Source of the DNA: Candidatus Calidihabitans tengchongensis
Lineage (GTDB): Bacteria > Sysuimicrobiota > Sysuimicrobiia > Sysuimicrobiales > Kaftiobacteriaceae
Reading direction: 5' to 3'
NCBI GenBank assembly: GCA_031459615.1
Contig: JAVKIE010000013.1
Coordinates: forward strand, 226-64,225
Length of the DNA: 64,000 nucleotides
The notes below the pieces were generated by a model. The model had not been told where the DNA came from, ran no database searches, and worked only from the letters and a program-made list of their open reading frames with translations. Positions 26,581-35,494 of this stretch are shown piece by piece. How positions within the stretch are numbered: position 1 is the stretch's first letter; each line of letters begins with the position of its first letter. The translations under genes were made by a program, and so were the position numbers.

Positions 26581-27156
26581 TCAGTCCGCGGGTCTGCCAA
26601 ACAGCCTCCCGGGCCTCCAGGGGGTGCCCAGCAGGGGCAGCAGCCAGCGGTCCAGGCCGTAGGAGCCGGCCACCTTCCACGCCAGGATCAGCAGGACGGC
26701 GGCGGTGAACAGCAGCGGGTTGGTGCTGGCCGTGCCCGCCATCATGAAGTTCCAGTTCATGAAGCCGCCCACGAAGGCGGCGATCCCCACGAACGCGCCC
26801 AGGACCAGGGCCACCCCCACCAGCAGCTCGCCGTAGGCCACCAGCTTGGCGAACCAGGTGTAGGCCTGGATGTCCAGCAGCCACTGGAGGAAGGCGCGGT
26901 ACCAGGGGAAGGCCACCGGCGGGCGGGCCGGGGGCGGGGGCACCTGGATGGCGCGCTCCCAGAAGGCCTTCAGGGCCGCCCCGGTGCCGGTCCAGGCCTC
27001 GACGCCGATCTTGTGGCGGGCGGCGTCGATCCACTGCCAGCCCAGCCACACCCGGACCAGCGCCCACAGCCAGGCGTACCGGGTGGTGTTGAACATCACC
27101 TGCACGAACGGGGGATCCTCCACGATCCGTCGCTCCGGCACCTCGCGGGCTGCCAT
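26581..27156 (-). CDS. DoxX/DoxD-family membrane protein (TQO small-subunit-like)
   Basis: RVWLGWQW, WYRAFL, YGELLVG, MNWNFMMAGTASTNP, GLDRW; ATG at 27156 with RBS. Confidence 0.88.
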   Translation of the reverse strand: MAAREVPERRIVEDPPFVQVMFNTTRYAWLWALVRVWLGWQWIDAARHKIGVEAWTGTGAALKAFWERAIQVPPPPARPPVAFPWYRAFLQWLLDIQAYTWFAKLVAYGELLVGVALVLGAFVGIAAFVGGFMNWNFMMAGTASTNPLLFTAAVLLILAWKVAGSYGLDRWLLPLLGTPWRPGRLFGRPAD

Positions 27157-27326
27157 CGTCCTCACCCCCTGCGGGCGGAATACCCGCGCTTTTGGAATTT
27201 CGGCCCCGGGGGGGCCCCGCGCCTGCCGGCGGGCTCGGGCGCTCAGCCGTCGCCGTATCGGTTCTCTGCCCGATGACAGGCGGCACAGCGCGCACATAGA
27301 GTGGAGAATGCAGGCCTGGTGAGGCG

Positions 27327-29069
27327 ATGCCCATGGGGCTGCGGGGCAGGATCATGGTGTTGGTGGCCGTGGGAGTTCTGGCGGCCACCGCCCCCCTGGG
27401 CGTGATGGGCCTGGTCATGGTGCAGGCGGCCACCGACCGGGTCCTGGAGGAGAGGCTGGCCATGGCCCGGACTGTGGCTGCCCACCTCGGCGCGCGGATC
27501 GCCCAGGGCTGGAGCCAGCTGGATCAGATCGCCGCCCGCGCCGCCTCCCGGGAGACGCCGGACCTCCGGCGGGACCTGCCGATGCTGTCCGCCGCGGACC
27601 TGTTCTCCGGAGGCGTGGGGGTCCTCGACGCCCGGGGCGGGCTCCGGGCCGGCGCGGTGATCCCGCGCATGCTGGAGGCCGGCGCACCCCGGATCCTGGA
27701 GGTCGCCCGCACGGGCCGGCGGGGGGTCACCTCCGTGGTGCGGGCGGGCGATGCGGCGGCGGTCTTCCTGGTCGTGCCCGTGGTCTCCTCGGAGGGGACC
27801 GTCACCGGCGCGGTGGTCGGGGGCATCGATCTGGGCGGCCCGGTGTTGCGGGCCTTCGTGGATGGCCTCGCCCAGGGGCTGACCGGCCACGCAGTGGTGG
27901 TGGACAGAGATGGCACCGTCCTGGCCAGCACGCGTCAGGCGGATCTGTTCACCCGGGAGGAGCATCCGGAGTTCTTCGCGCGCCTGATCTCCGCCGGTCG
28001 TCCCCTCGTGGCCCCGGCCGAGAAGGTCGTCACCTCCCGGGGCGGCCGGGAACTGCACGTGATGGCCTTCGCGCCGGTGCCGGGCGTCCCGTGGGGCATC
28101 GGGGTCGGGCAGGATGACCGCGAGACGTTCGGACCTCTGCGGCGCCTGCGGGACCGCATCATCGTCTTCGAGGTGCTGGTCCTGGCGGCCGCCCTGATCT
28201 TTGCGTGGCTCGATACCGGCGCCGTCAGCGCGCCGCTGCGGGCCCTGACCCGCGCCGCCGAGCGGATCGCGGCGGGGGATCTGGCCAGTCCCGTGGACAT
28301 TCACCGCAGCGATGAGATCGGCCAGCTGGGGGCCAGCTTCGAGACGATGCGCACCCGGCTGCTGCGCTCCCTGGAGGAGAACGCCCGACTGCAGGAACGG
28401 CTGCTGTCGGTGGCGGTGCTGGAGGAGCGCGAGCGGATCGCCCGGGAGATGCACGACCACGTGGGCCAGGTCCTGGGCTACGTCAACACCAAGGCGCAGG
28501 CGGTGCGGGCGCTGGTGGAGGCCGGGCGGCTGGACGATGCCCGCCGCCACCTGTCCCAGCTGGAGGAGGCGGCGCGCCAGGTGTACGCGGACCTGCGGGA
28601 GGCCATTCTCAGCCTGCGGATCGCCCCCGCTCCCGACCGCGGGCTGCGCCAGGCGCTGGAGGAATACGTCCGGCGCTTTGGAGAGATGAGCGGCCTTCCC
28701 GTCCACCTCGCCCTCGACGCGGCCGATGCCCTCGACGGCCTGCCCGCCGCCGCCCAGCTCCACCTGATCCGCATCGTCCAGGAAGCCCTCACCAACGTCC
28801 GCAAGCACGCCCGCGCCGGGCGGGCGTGGGTGCACTGCGCCCGGGATGGCGACGACCTGGTGGTCCGCGTGTCCGACGACGGGGTGGGGTTCGATCCCGG
28901 GGCGGGCGCCGCCGGCGGCGTGAGCATGGGGCTCGAGTCGATGCGGGAGAGGGCGTCGGCCATCGGCGGCGCCCTGCGCGTCTGGTCGGTGCCCGGCGGC
29001 GGCACCACGGTGGAGGTCCGCCTCCCGGCCCCGGGGAGGGATGGCCGTGCGCGTCCTGCTGGCGGATGA
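27327..29069 (+). CDS. NarX-type (HisKA_3) sensor kinase with Cache-like sensor and HAMP
   Basis: EERERIAREMHD, QEALTNVRKHA, DDGVGF. Confidence 0.93.
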   Translation: MPMGLRGRIMVLVAVGVLAATAPLGVMGLVMVQAATDRVLEERLAMARTVAAHLGARIAQGWSQLDQIAARAASRETPDLRRDLPMLSAADLFSGGVGVLDARGGLRAGAVIPRMLEAGAPRILEVARTGRRGVTSVVRAGDAAAVFLVVPVVSSEGTVTGAVVGGIDLGGPVLRAFVDGLAQGLTGHAVVVDRDGTVLASTRQADLFTREEHPEFFARLISAGRPLVAPAEKVVTSRGGRELHVMAFAPVPGVPWGIGVGQDDRETFGPLRRLRDRIIVFEVLVLAAALIFAWLDTGAVSAPLRALTRAAERIAAGDLASPVDIHRSDEIGQLGASFETMRTRLLRSLEENARLQERLLSVAVLEERERIAREMHDHVGQVLGYVNTKAQAVRALVEAGRLDDARRHLSQLEEAARQVYADLREAILSLRIAPAPDRGLRQALEEYVRRFGEMSGLPVHLALDAADALDGLPAAAQLHLIRIVQEALTNVRKHARAGRAWVHCARDGDDLVVRVSDDGVGFDPGAGAAGGVSMGLESMRERASAIGGALRVWSVPGGGTTVEVRLPAPGRDGRARPAGG

Positions 29070-29694
29070 CCATGCGCTGTTCCGGGACGGAATCCGCAGC
29101 CTGCTGGAGGCGCGGGGCGTAGAGGTGGTGGGGGAGGCCGCCGACGGGCGGGAGGCCGTGGAGGCCGCCCTCCGCCTGCGGCCCGACGTGGTCCTCATGG
29201 ACGTCGCCATGCCCGGCGTGGACGGACTGGAAGCCACGCGGGCCATCAAGGCGCACCTGCCCGACACCAAGGTGGTGATGCTCACCGTCTCCGACGACGA
29301 CCGCACCCTGTTCGAGGCCCTCCGCAGCGGTGCCCACGGGTACCTGCTGAAGAACCTGCAGGCCGAGGAGTTCTTCGACCTGCTGGCGGGCATCGACCGC
29401 GGTGAGGCGCCGCTGTCGCCGAGCCTGGCGGGCCGCATTCTGGACGAGTTCCGCCGCGGGAAGAGACCGGCCGAGCGGCCGGGACCCGACGAACTGACCG
29501 ACAAGGAGATGGAGGTCCTGCGGGCCGTCAGCCTGGGCGCCAGCAACAGGGAGATCGCGGCACGGCTGCGCATCTCCGAAAACACCGTCAAGTACCACAT
29601 CAAGAACATCCTGGATAAGCTCCACCTGCGCAACCGGGCGGAGGTGGTGGCCTACGCCGCCCGCCGCGGGTGGATCCGCCCGGACGGGACCTAG
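29041..29694 (+). CDS. NarL-family response regulator
   Basis: LADDHALFRDG, LuxR HTH ISENTVKYH. Confidence 0.96.
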   Translation: MAVRVLLADDHALFRDGIRSLLEARGVEVVGEAADGREAVEAALRLRPDVVLMDVAMPGVDGLEATRAIKAHLPDTKVVMLTVSDDDRTLFEALRSGAHGYLLKNLQAEEFFDLLAGIDRGEAPLSPSLAGRILDEFRRGKRPAERPGPDELTDKEMEVLRAVSLGASNREIAARLRISENTVKYHIKNILDKLHLRNRAEVVAYAARRGWIRPDGT

Positions 29695-29717
29695 TCCCCC
29701 CCCCGCCGATGTGGGGT

Positions 29718-29825
29718 TTGTGAATCAAGACTCTCAACAACTGAAAAATACAGCCTTCGCCCGATTGGCCCCGGGCCTGACAGCCGGCTAACGTTTTTGG
29801 CAGTATTCGTTGAAACCGTTGAAAC
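29718..29825 (+). promoter_or_regulatory. AT-rich promoter/operator region of the oxidase operon
   Basis: Imperfect palindrome TTGTGAATC-AA-GACTCTCAA at 29718; tandem CGTTGAAAC x2 at 29808-29825. Confidence 0.5.
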
Positions 29826-29828
29826 GAT

Positions 29829-30515
29829 ATGACGGCTGTCCCGTCCGCCAACCGCCCGCGACCCCGCGCCCGTGTTCTCCGGGCGGTGGCTGCCAAAGAC
29901 GACATCCTCCGGCGCCTGCCGTCCGCCGGCGGCCGTACCGTCCGCGAACTGGCCACGGCGGTCGGGCTGTCGCCGTCCGCCCTGCGCCAGCACCTGGCGT
30001 CCCTGGAACGGGAGGGCCTGGTCGAGAAGATGGCCGTCCGGGGCCGCCCCGGACGGCCGGCGTTCGCCTACCGCCGCGCCGAACCCTCCGCGGGCCCGGC
30101 CGATCCGTCCAGATTTCTGGGCGTGCTGTTGCGCGTGGTGGAGTCCCTGGGGCCGGACCGCGCCGCGGAGGTCGTGGACGGCGTGGTGGGGGCGCTGGAG
30201 AGCGAGTACCGGGCCATCGAGCAGATCCCCGACCCCGGCGCCCGCATCCGCGCGGCCGTTTCCGTGCTCTTCGACGGCGAGGGGCGCTCGCAGGTCCGCA
30301 TCGCCACCGACGGCTACGAGGTGAGCCTGCGGCGCTGTCCGTTGCTGCCGGCGGCCCGGGAGTCCCCGGCGTGCTGTGAGATCGCCCGGCGCCTGCTGGC
30401 CCGGCTGTCCCGCGCCGAGGTGGAACAGCGGGAGTCCCTGCTGCGGGGCGATCCCCGCTGCCTGTTCCTCCTGCGGGTGCCGGCCGCGGGCGGCCGGATG
30501 GCGAAGGCGGGGTGA
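29829..30515 (+). CDS. SufR-like HTH regulator with C-terminal Cys cluster
   Basis: TVRELA..LSPSALRQHLASLE, GRP, RCPL..CCE..GDPRC. Confidence 0.8.
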   Translation: MTAVPSANRPRPRARVLRAVAAKDDILRRLPSAGGRTVRELATAVGLSPSALRQHLASLEREGLVEKMAVRGRPGRPAFAYRRAEPSAGPADPSRFLGVLLRVVESLGPDRAAEVVDGVVGALESEYRAIEQIPDPGARIRAAVSVLFDGEGRSQVRIATDGYEVSLRRCPLLPAARESPACCEIARRLLARLSRAEVEQRESLLRGDPRCLFLLRVPAAGGRMAKAG

Positions 30516-31246
30516 GGCCGGTGGCGCGGCACGCGGGCGCGGTGGCCGTGCTGTGGGGCGTCCTGACCGTCCTGGGCCTGCTGGCGGCGGGACGCGCCCA
30601 CCTGCTGCCGGTGGCGGCCGCCCGGGAGGCCCGCATCATCGACGACGCCTTCCGCTTTCTCCTCCTGCTGGCGGTCCCGGTGTTCACGTTCGTGCTGGCC
30701 GCCCTCGCGTACTCGGTGGTGGCGTTCCGCGGCCGCGGGGAACCTCCCGACGACGGCCCCCCGCTGCGGGGGCGCTCGGCGGTGCCGTGGATCTGGCTGG
30801 CGGTCACGGGCGGCCTGGCCGTCTACGTCATCTTCAACCCCGGCCTGCGGGGTCTGGCCGAGCTGCGCGCCGATCGCCATGCGGACCTGGTGGTGCGGGT
30901 GGAGGGTTCCCGGTGGGTGTGGCGGTTCGTCTATCCCGACGCGGGCGTCACCAGCCGGGAGCTGGTCCTGCCGGTGGGCCGGCGAGTGCGGTTCGAGGTG
31001 ACTGCCGCCGACGTGGTCCACTCGTTCTGGATCCCGGCGTTCCGGGTGAAGGTGGACGCGGTGCCCGGCATGGTGACGACGGTGTACGTGACGCCCACCC
31101 GGGTCGGCGACCGGGCCGCCGACGTGAACTTCCGGGTCCAGTGCGCCGAGCTGTGCGGCCTGGGCCACCACCTGATGGCCTCGCCGGTCCGGGTGGTGGA
31201 CCCGGAGGCGTTTCGCGAGTGGGCGGAGAGCGCCCGGTCCCCGTAG
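30512..31246 (+). CDS. coxB: cytochrome c oxidase subunit II (CuA, no fused cytochrome c)
   Basis: DVVHSFWIP, QCAELCGLGHHLM. Confidence 0.95.
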   Translation: MRPVARHAGAVAVLWGVLTVLGLLAAGRAHLLPVAAAREARIIDDAFRFLLLLAVPVFTFVLAALAYSVVAFRGRGEPPDDGPPLRGRSAVPWIWLAVTGGLAVYVIFNPGLRGLAELRADRHADLVVRVEGSRWVWRFVYPDAGVTSRELVLPVGRRVRFEVTAADVVHSFWIPAFRVKVDAVPGMVTTVYVTPTRVGDRAADVNFRVQCAELCGLGHHLMASPVRVVDPEAFREWAESARSP

Positions 31247-31292
31247 GCGGCGGAGGCGGGGGCAGGGGGCACGAGGTGAGCGGGCTGTGCGC

Positions 31293-33122
31293 ATGATCGC
31301 GCGCGGGATCGGGTGGGGGCTGGTCGGTTTCGCGCTGGGCGCCGGGGCGACGCTGGCGGCCGGGTGGGCCGTGGGGCGCCCCCCGCGGGCCGAGGTCTGG
31401 GTGACCGTCGGCTACGTGATCGGGCTGGCCGGCTGGCTGCTGGGCGTCGGTCTGTGGGAGGCCTGGGCCCGGGGGTGGGTGGGGCTGCCGGTGCGCCACG
31501 AGCCCGACCACACGTGGCGGCGCTACGTCCGGTTCACCACCGACCACAAGGTGATCGGGGTGCAGTACCTGGTCACCTTCGTGGCGCTGTTCGTGGTGGC
31601 GGGCGCGATGGCGCTGGTGATGCGGGTGGAGCTGGCCGCCCCCGGGCCGACGGTGATGGGAGCCGCCGCCTACACCCACCTGATGAGCCTGCACGGCATC
31701 ATCATGATCGCCGTGGCGGTGGCCACCCTCCTGGGCGGCTTCGGCAACTACCTGGTGCCGCTGATGATCGGCGCCGAGGACATGGCCTTCCCCCGGCTCA
31801 ACGCCCTCAGTTACTGGCTGGTGCCGCCGGTGGCGGTGCTGCTGGTGGCCACGCCCTTGGCCGGCGGATTCGACACCGGGTGGACGGCCTACCCGCCCCT
31901 CAGCGTGGTCAACGCCAGCGGCCAGGTCCTGTTCAACCTGGCGGTGATCACCTTCGGGCTGTCCTCCATCCTGGGCGGGATCAATTTCCTGGCCACCATC
32001 GTGGGGCTGCGGGCTCCCGGCATGTCCTGGCGGCGGCTGCCGATCTTCGTGTGGTCGGTGTTCGCCGCGTCGCTGATCAGCGTCACCGCCACCCAGTACC
32101 TGGCGGCGGCGCTGCTGATGGTCCTGCTGGACCGGGAGGCGGGGATGGCGTTCTTCGCCCCGGCCCGGGGAGGCATGCCCCTCCTGTACCAGCACATCTT
32201 CTGGTTCTACTCCCACCCGGCGGTCTACATCATGATCCTGCCCGCCTTCGGCGTCGCCCTGGAGGTGCTGACCCACTTCTCCCGCAAGCCCCTGTACGCC
32301 TACCCCTGGGTGGTGGGAGGGTTCCTGGGCATCGTGGGGCTGAGCTTCGTGGTGTGGGCGCACCACCTCTACACCAGCGGCATGCGGGAGTCGCTGCTGG
32401 GCCCCTTCATGGCCACCACCGAGCTCATCTCCATCCCCACGGGGCTCGTGTTCCTGGCCGCCCTGGGGACCCTGTGGATGGGCCGGCTGTGGCTGCGCAC
32501 CCCGATGCTCTTCGCCCTGGGGTTCCTGTTCAACTTCCTGATCGGGGGCGTGACCGGCATCTTCAACGCCGACGTCCCCACCGATCTGCACCTGCAGGAC
32601 ACCTACTTCGTGGTCGGCCACTTCCACTACACCATCGTGGGCGGGATGATCTTCGCCCTCTTCAGCGGCCTGTACTACTGGTTCCCCAAGGTGACCGGGC
32701 GGATGTATGACGAGCGGCTGGGCCGGGTGCACTTCGGGTGGATGTTCCTGGCCTACAACGCCACGTTCCTGCCCATGTTCTGGGCGGGCGTGCACGGGAT
32801 GAACCGGCGCATCGCCGACTACCCGGCGTCCCTGGCCGGGGTGAACCTGTGGATTTCGGTCATGGCGGGCCTGCTGGGGGCCAGCATCCTGGTGTTCCTG
32901 TTCAACGTGGTGCGCAGCTGGCTTCGCGGGCCTCGGGCCGCGGCCAACCCCTGGGGGGCGCGGACGCTGGAGTGGCAGGTGCCGTCGCCTCCCCCCGAAG
33001 GCAACTTCCCCCACCCGCCCCAGGTGGTGGGGGATCCCTACGGCTACGGGGTGCCGGGGGCCGTGCACGCTGTGATGGCCGCCGCCGGCGGATCCGGGGA
33101 GGGGAGGGCCCATGGACTCTGA
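31293..33122 (+). CDS. coxA: heme-copper oxidase subunit I, A2-type
   Basis: TTDHKVIG, DMAFPRLN, WFYSHPAVY, VWAHH, VVGHFHY, GMNRR. Confidence 0.97.
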   Translation: MIARGIGWGLVGFALGAGATLAAGWAVGRPPRAEVWVTVGYVIGLAGWLLGVGLWEAWARGWVGLPVRHEPDHTWRRYVRFTTDHKVIGVQYLVTFVALFVVAGAMALVMRVELAAPGPTVMGAAAYTHLMSLHGIIMIAVAVATLLGGFGNYLVPLMIGAEDMAFPRLNALSYWLVPPVAVLLVATPLAGGFDTGWTAYPPLSVVNASGQVLFNLAVITFGLSSILGGINFLATIVGLRAPGMSWRRLPIFVWSVFAASLISVTATQYLAAALLMVLLDREAGMAFFAPARGGMPLLYQHIFWFYSHPAVYIMILPAFGVALEVLTHFSRKPLYAYPWVVGGFLGIVGLSFVVWAHHLYTSGMRESLLGPFMATTELISIPTGLVFLAALGTLWMGRLWLRTPMLFALGFLFNFLIGGVTGIFNADVPTDLHLQDTYFVVGHFHYTIVGGMIFALFSGLYYWFPKVTGRMYDERLGRVHFGWMFLAYNATFLPMFWAGVHGMNRRIADYPASLAGVNLWISVMAGLLGASILVFLFNVVRSWLRGPRAAANPWGARTLEWQVPSPPPEGNFPHPPQVVGDPYGYGVPGAVHAVMAAAGGSGEGRAHGL

Positions 33123-33315
33123 ACTGGCCGCGCGCCTGCGGGTGGGCACGCGGGTGCTGGGCGCCCTGCTGGCGCTCACCGTCCTGGAGGTGCCCGTGGC
33201 GTTCCGGGTGCCGCATCCGCTGCCGTGGCTGGTGCTGCTGAACCTGGCCGACGCCGCGCTCATCGTGTGGTACTTCATGCACGTCGCCGATCTGTGGCGC
33301 CCCGGGGAGGAGTGA
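33112..33315 (+). CDS. oxidase subunit IV-like small membrane protein
   Basis: LLALTVLEV...LIVWYFMHV. Confidence 0.8.
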   Translation: MDSELAARLRVGTRVLGALLALTVLEVPVAFRVPHPLPWLVLLNLADAALIVWYFMHVADLWRPGEE

Positions 33316-33317
33316 CC

Positions 33318-33884
33318 GTGGCCACCCGCGTCGCCGCCCGCCCCCGCTACAGCCGGCTGTATCTCCGGCGGCTGGGCCTGTGGCTGTTCCTGCTGTCCGA
33401 GGGGTTCCTGTTTTCCGCCCTGCTGGCCGCCCGCTACTACCTGCTGGGCCTGGAGCGGCCCGAGGGCCTCAACCAGCCCCTGGGGCTGGCCATCACCGCC
33501 GTGCTGCTGGCCAGCAGCCTCACCGCCTACCGCGCCGAAGCGGCCATCGCCCGGGGGCACCGGTCCCTGTTCGCGCGCAACACCCTGGCCACGGTCGGCC
33601 TGGGCCTGCTGTTCCTGGCAGGGGTGGGGGTGGAGTGGGCGCAGGCCTTTGCCCACTTTCCCCCCGGCCGGCGGGTGGGGACCATCTTCTTCACCCTGAC
33701 GGGCATGCACGCCCTGCACGTCGCCAGCGGGGTCGCGTTGCTGGCTGGCGTGTACCTGCACGGGCGCCGGGGTCGGTACGGCCCCCACGACTACTGGCCG
33801 GTGGAGGGGGCCGTCAAGTACTGGCACTTCGTGGACGTGGTGTGGGTGTTCATCTACCCCACTTTGTACCTGGTCACCGGCTGA
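33318..33884 (+). CDS. coxC: cytochrome c oxidase subunit III (short form)
   Basis: GLWLFLLSE, TLTGMHALHV, YWHFVDVVW. Confidence 0.93.
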   Translation: MATRVAARPRYSRLYLRRLGLWLFLLSEGFLFSALLAARYYLLGLERPEGLNQPLGLAITAVLLASSLTAYRAEAAIARGHRSLFARNTLATVGLGLLFLAGVGVEWAQAFAHFPPGRRVGTIFFTLTGMHALHVASGVALLAGVYLHGRRGRYGPHDYWPVEGAVKYWHFVDVVWVFIYPTLYLVTG

Positions 33885-33957
33885 GCTCCCCCCGCCCGCG
33901 CGCGCGCGTCCCGGCCACCCCGTCCGCCGTCCCGCCGCCCCTTCCGCCCGAGCGTGA

Positions 33958-33998
33958 CCTGCCCGAACGGGTAGGGGTGCTGACTACCCGGACGGGCG
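33958..33998. promoter_or_regulatory. tandem inverted boxes, NarL/LuxR-like candidate operator
   Basis: CCTGCCCG-AA-CGGGTAGG and CTACCCG-GA-CGGGCG upstream of the cupredoxin genes. Confidence 0.5.
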
Positions 33999-34057
33999 TT
34001 GTGCCGTCCTCCGCCGCGAGCGTACCCTGACGGTGGGTTGGGGTGCGGAGGTGGCAT

Positions 34058-34513
34058 ATGGCGGGTCGCACCGACGGGATCGCCTACTTCGCCCTCGTGG
34101 TGGCAGTCGTCGCCCTGGCCACCAGCCTGCTGGCCTACGGCCGGAGTCCCCGGCTGGAGGGGGCTGCGGCGCCGCGTCCGGCCGCCACCCTGCCGCTGTC
34201 CATGGTGGTGGCCACGTTCACCGGCCAGGGCATGGTGGCCCACCGCTGGTACCCCACCATGCTGGTGGCGCGGGTGGGAGACACCGTCGACCTGGCCGTG
34301 GCGAACCCCGACGCCTTTGCCCACCAGCTGGAGATCACCGGCTACGGTCTGCGGACCCGGCGGCTGGCTCCCGGCGCCAGCGACGACCTGCGGTTCGTGG
34401 CCGACCGGCCCGGGGTGTTCGTGTACCGGTGCGCCCTGCCCCACAATCCCGCGACCCGGGACTGCACGCCCGACCACGAGCAGATGCGCGGCTACCTGAT
34501 CGTCACCGAGTGA
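34058..34513 (+). CDS. membrane-anchored cupredoxin 1
   Basis: N-terminal TM, GDTV.L, AHQL, PGVFVYRCALPHNPATRDCTPDHEQM. Confidence 0.85.
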   Translation: MAGRTDGIAYFALVVAVVALATSLLAYGRSPRLEGAAAPRPAATLPLSMVVATFTGQGMVAHRWYPTMLVARVGDTVDLAVANPDAFAHQLEITGYGLRTRRLAPGASDDLRFVADRPGVFVYRCALPHNPATRDCTPDHEQMRGYLIVTE

Positions 34514-34518
34514 CGGAT

Positions 34519-34977
34519 ATGGAGGGGGCGCGGTCGGTGGTGGCGGGGGTCTCCCTGGCGATCTCCCTGGTCGCCCTGGGAATCAGCGCCCTGACCCTGC
34601 TGGCGTCCCCGCCGGCGGGCGGCTCCCCGCCGGCGCGCGTGGACCTGGAGCTGCTGATCACCGGGCGGGGGGCCATCGGCGGGCCGGCCGAAAGCCACCT
34701 GTTCGATCCCCAGCTGCTGGTCGTGCGGCGGGGCGACACGGTGCGGCTGCGGGTCCTCAACCTGTCCCACTTCCGCCACGGCCTGGAGTTTGCCGGGCTG
34801 GGCGTGCGCACCGGCGCCCTGCACGGGGGGGCGGCCGAGGTCGTGGAGTTCGCGGCCGACCGGCCCGGCATCTTCGAGTATCGCTGTTACCTGCCCCACG
34901 ATCCGGCCACCGGGACCTGCGCCCCGGATCACGACCGGATGGTGGGGCACCTGGTGGTGGTGGAAGGGCGACGCTGA
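34519..34977 (+). CDS. membrane-anchored cupredoxin 2
   Basis: N-terminal TM, GDTVRL, RHGL, PGIFEYRCYLPHDPATGTCAPDHDRM. Confidence 0.85.
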   Translation: MEGARSVVAGVSLAISLVALGISALTLLASPPAGGSPPARVDLELLITGRGAIGGPAESHLFDPQLLVVRRGDTVRLRVLNLSHFRHGLEFAGLGVRTGALHGGAAEVVEFAADRPGIFEYRCYLPHDPATGTCAPDHDRMVGHLVVVEGRR

Positions 34978-35019
34978 CGCGATCGCAGTCCACGACGAGA
35001 CCGATGGAGGTGAGGAGGG

Positions 35020-35484
35020 ATGCGGATGAGGACGGTCGTGATCCTGGGGATCGCTCTGGCCCTGGCGGCCATCGGCCCCGCGGCGGGAGCCCCCAAGGCC
35101 CAGAAGGTCACCGTCGTGCTCAACGAGATGAGCTTCACGCCCTCTCGGGTGACGGTGACCGCGGGCACGCCGGTGGAGCTGGTCCTGGTGAACCGCGGCA
35201 AGCAGAAGCACGAGTTCATGGTGTACAGCCTGCCCCGGGCGGGGCTGGCCGGTGAAGAGCTGGAGGAGTGGGCCAAGGAGAACACCTACTTCAAGGGCGT
35301 CGAGGTGACCGTGGAGACTGCAGGGGTGGAAATTGAGGCGGAGGCCCTGATGGAGGTGGAGCTGGCGCCGGGGCGGTCGGTGACGCTGGAGTTCACCCCG
35401 CAGCGCAAGGGGACGTTCGAGATCGGGTGCCACGTGGAAGGCCACTACGAGGCCGGCATGAAGGGCACCTTTGTCGTCCGATAG
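35020..35484 (+). CDS. exported type-1 cupredoxin 3
   Basis: Signal peptide, KHEF, GCHVEGHYEAGM. Confidence 0.9.
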   Translation: MRMRTVVILGIALALAAIGPAAGAPKAQKVTVVLNEMSFTPSRVTVTAGTPVELVLVNRGKQKHEFMVYSLPRAGLAGEELEEWAKENTYFKGVEVTVETAGVEIEAEALMEVELAPGRSVTLEFTPQRKGTFEIGCHVEGHYEAGMKGTFVVR

Positions 35485-35494
35485 GAGGCGCGCC

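Noticed and set aside
29718-29740. Rex operator
   Set aside because: Left half TTGTGAA matches but TTCACAA is absent at the required spacing
29808-29825. CGTTGAAAC tandem resembling CRISPR repeat ends
   Set aside because: Only two adjacent 9-mers, no spacers and no cas genes
30948-33827. 959-aa minus-strand ORF, and similar long antisense ORFs at 16711-19215 and 27243-29633
   Set aside because: They overlap well-supported plus-strand genes and give low-complexity R/P/G/A translations
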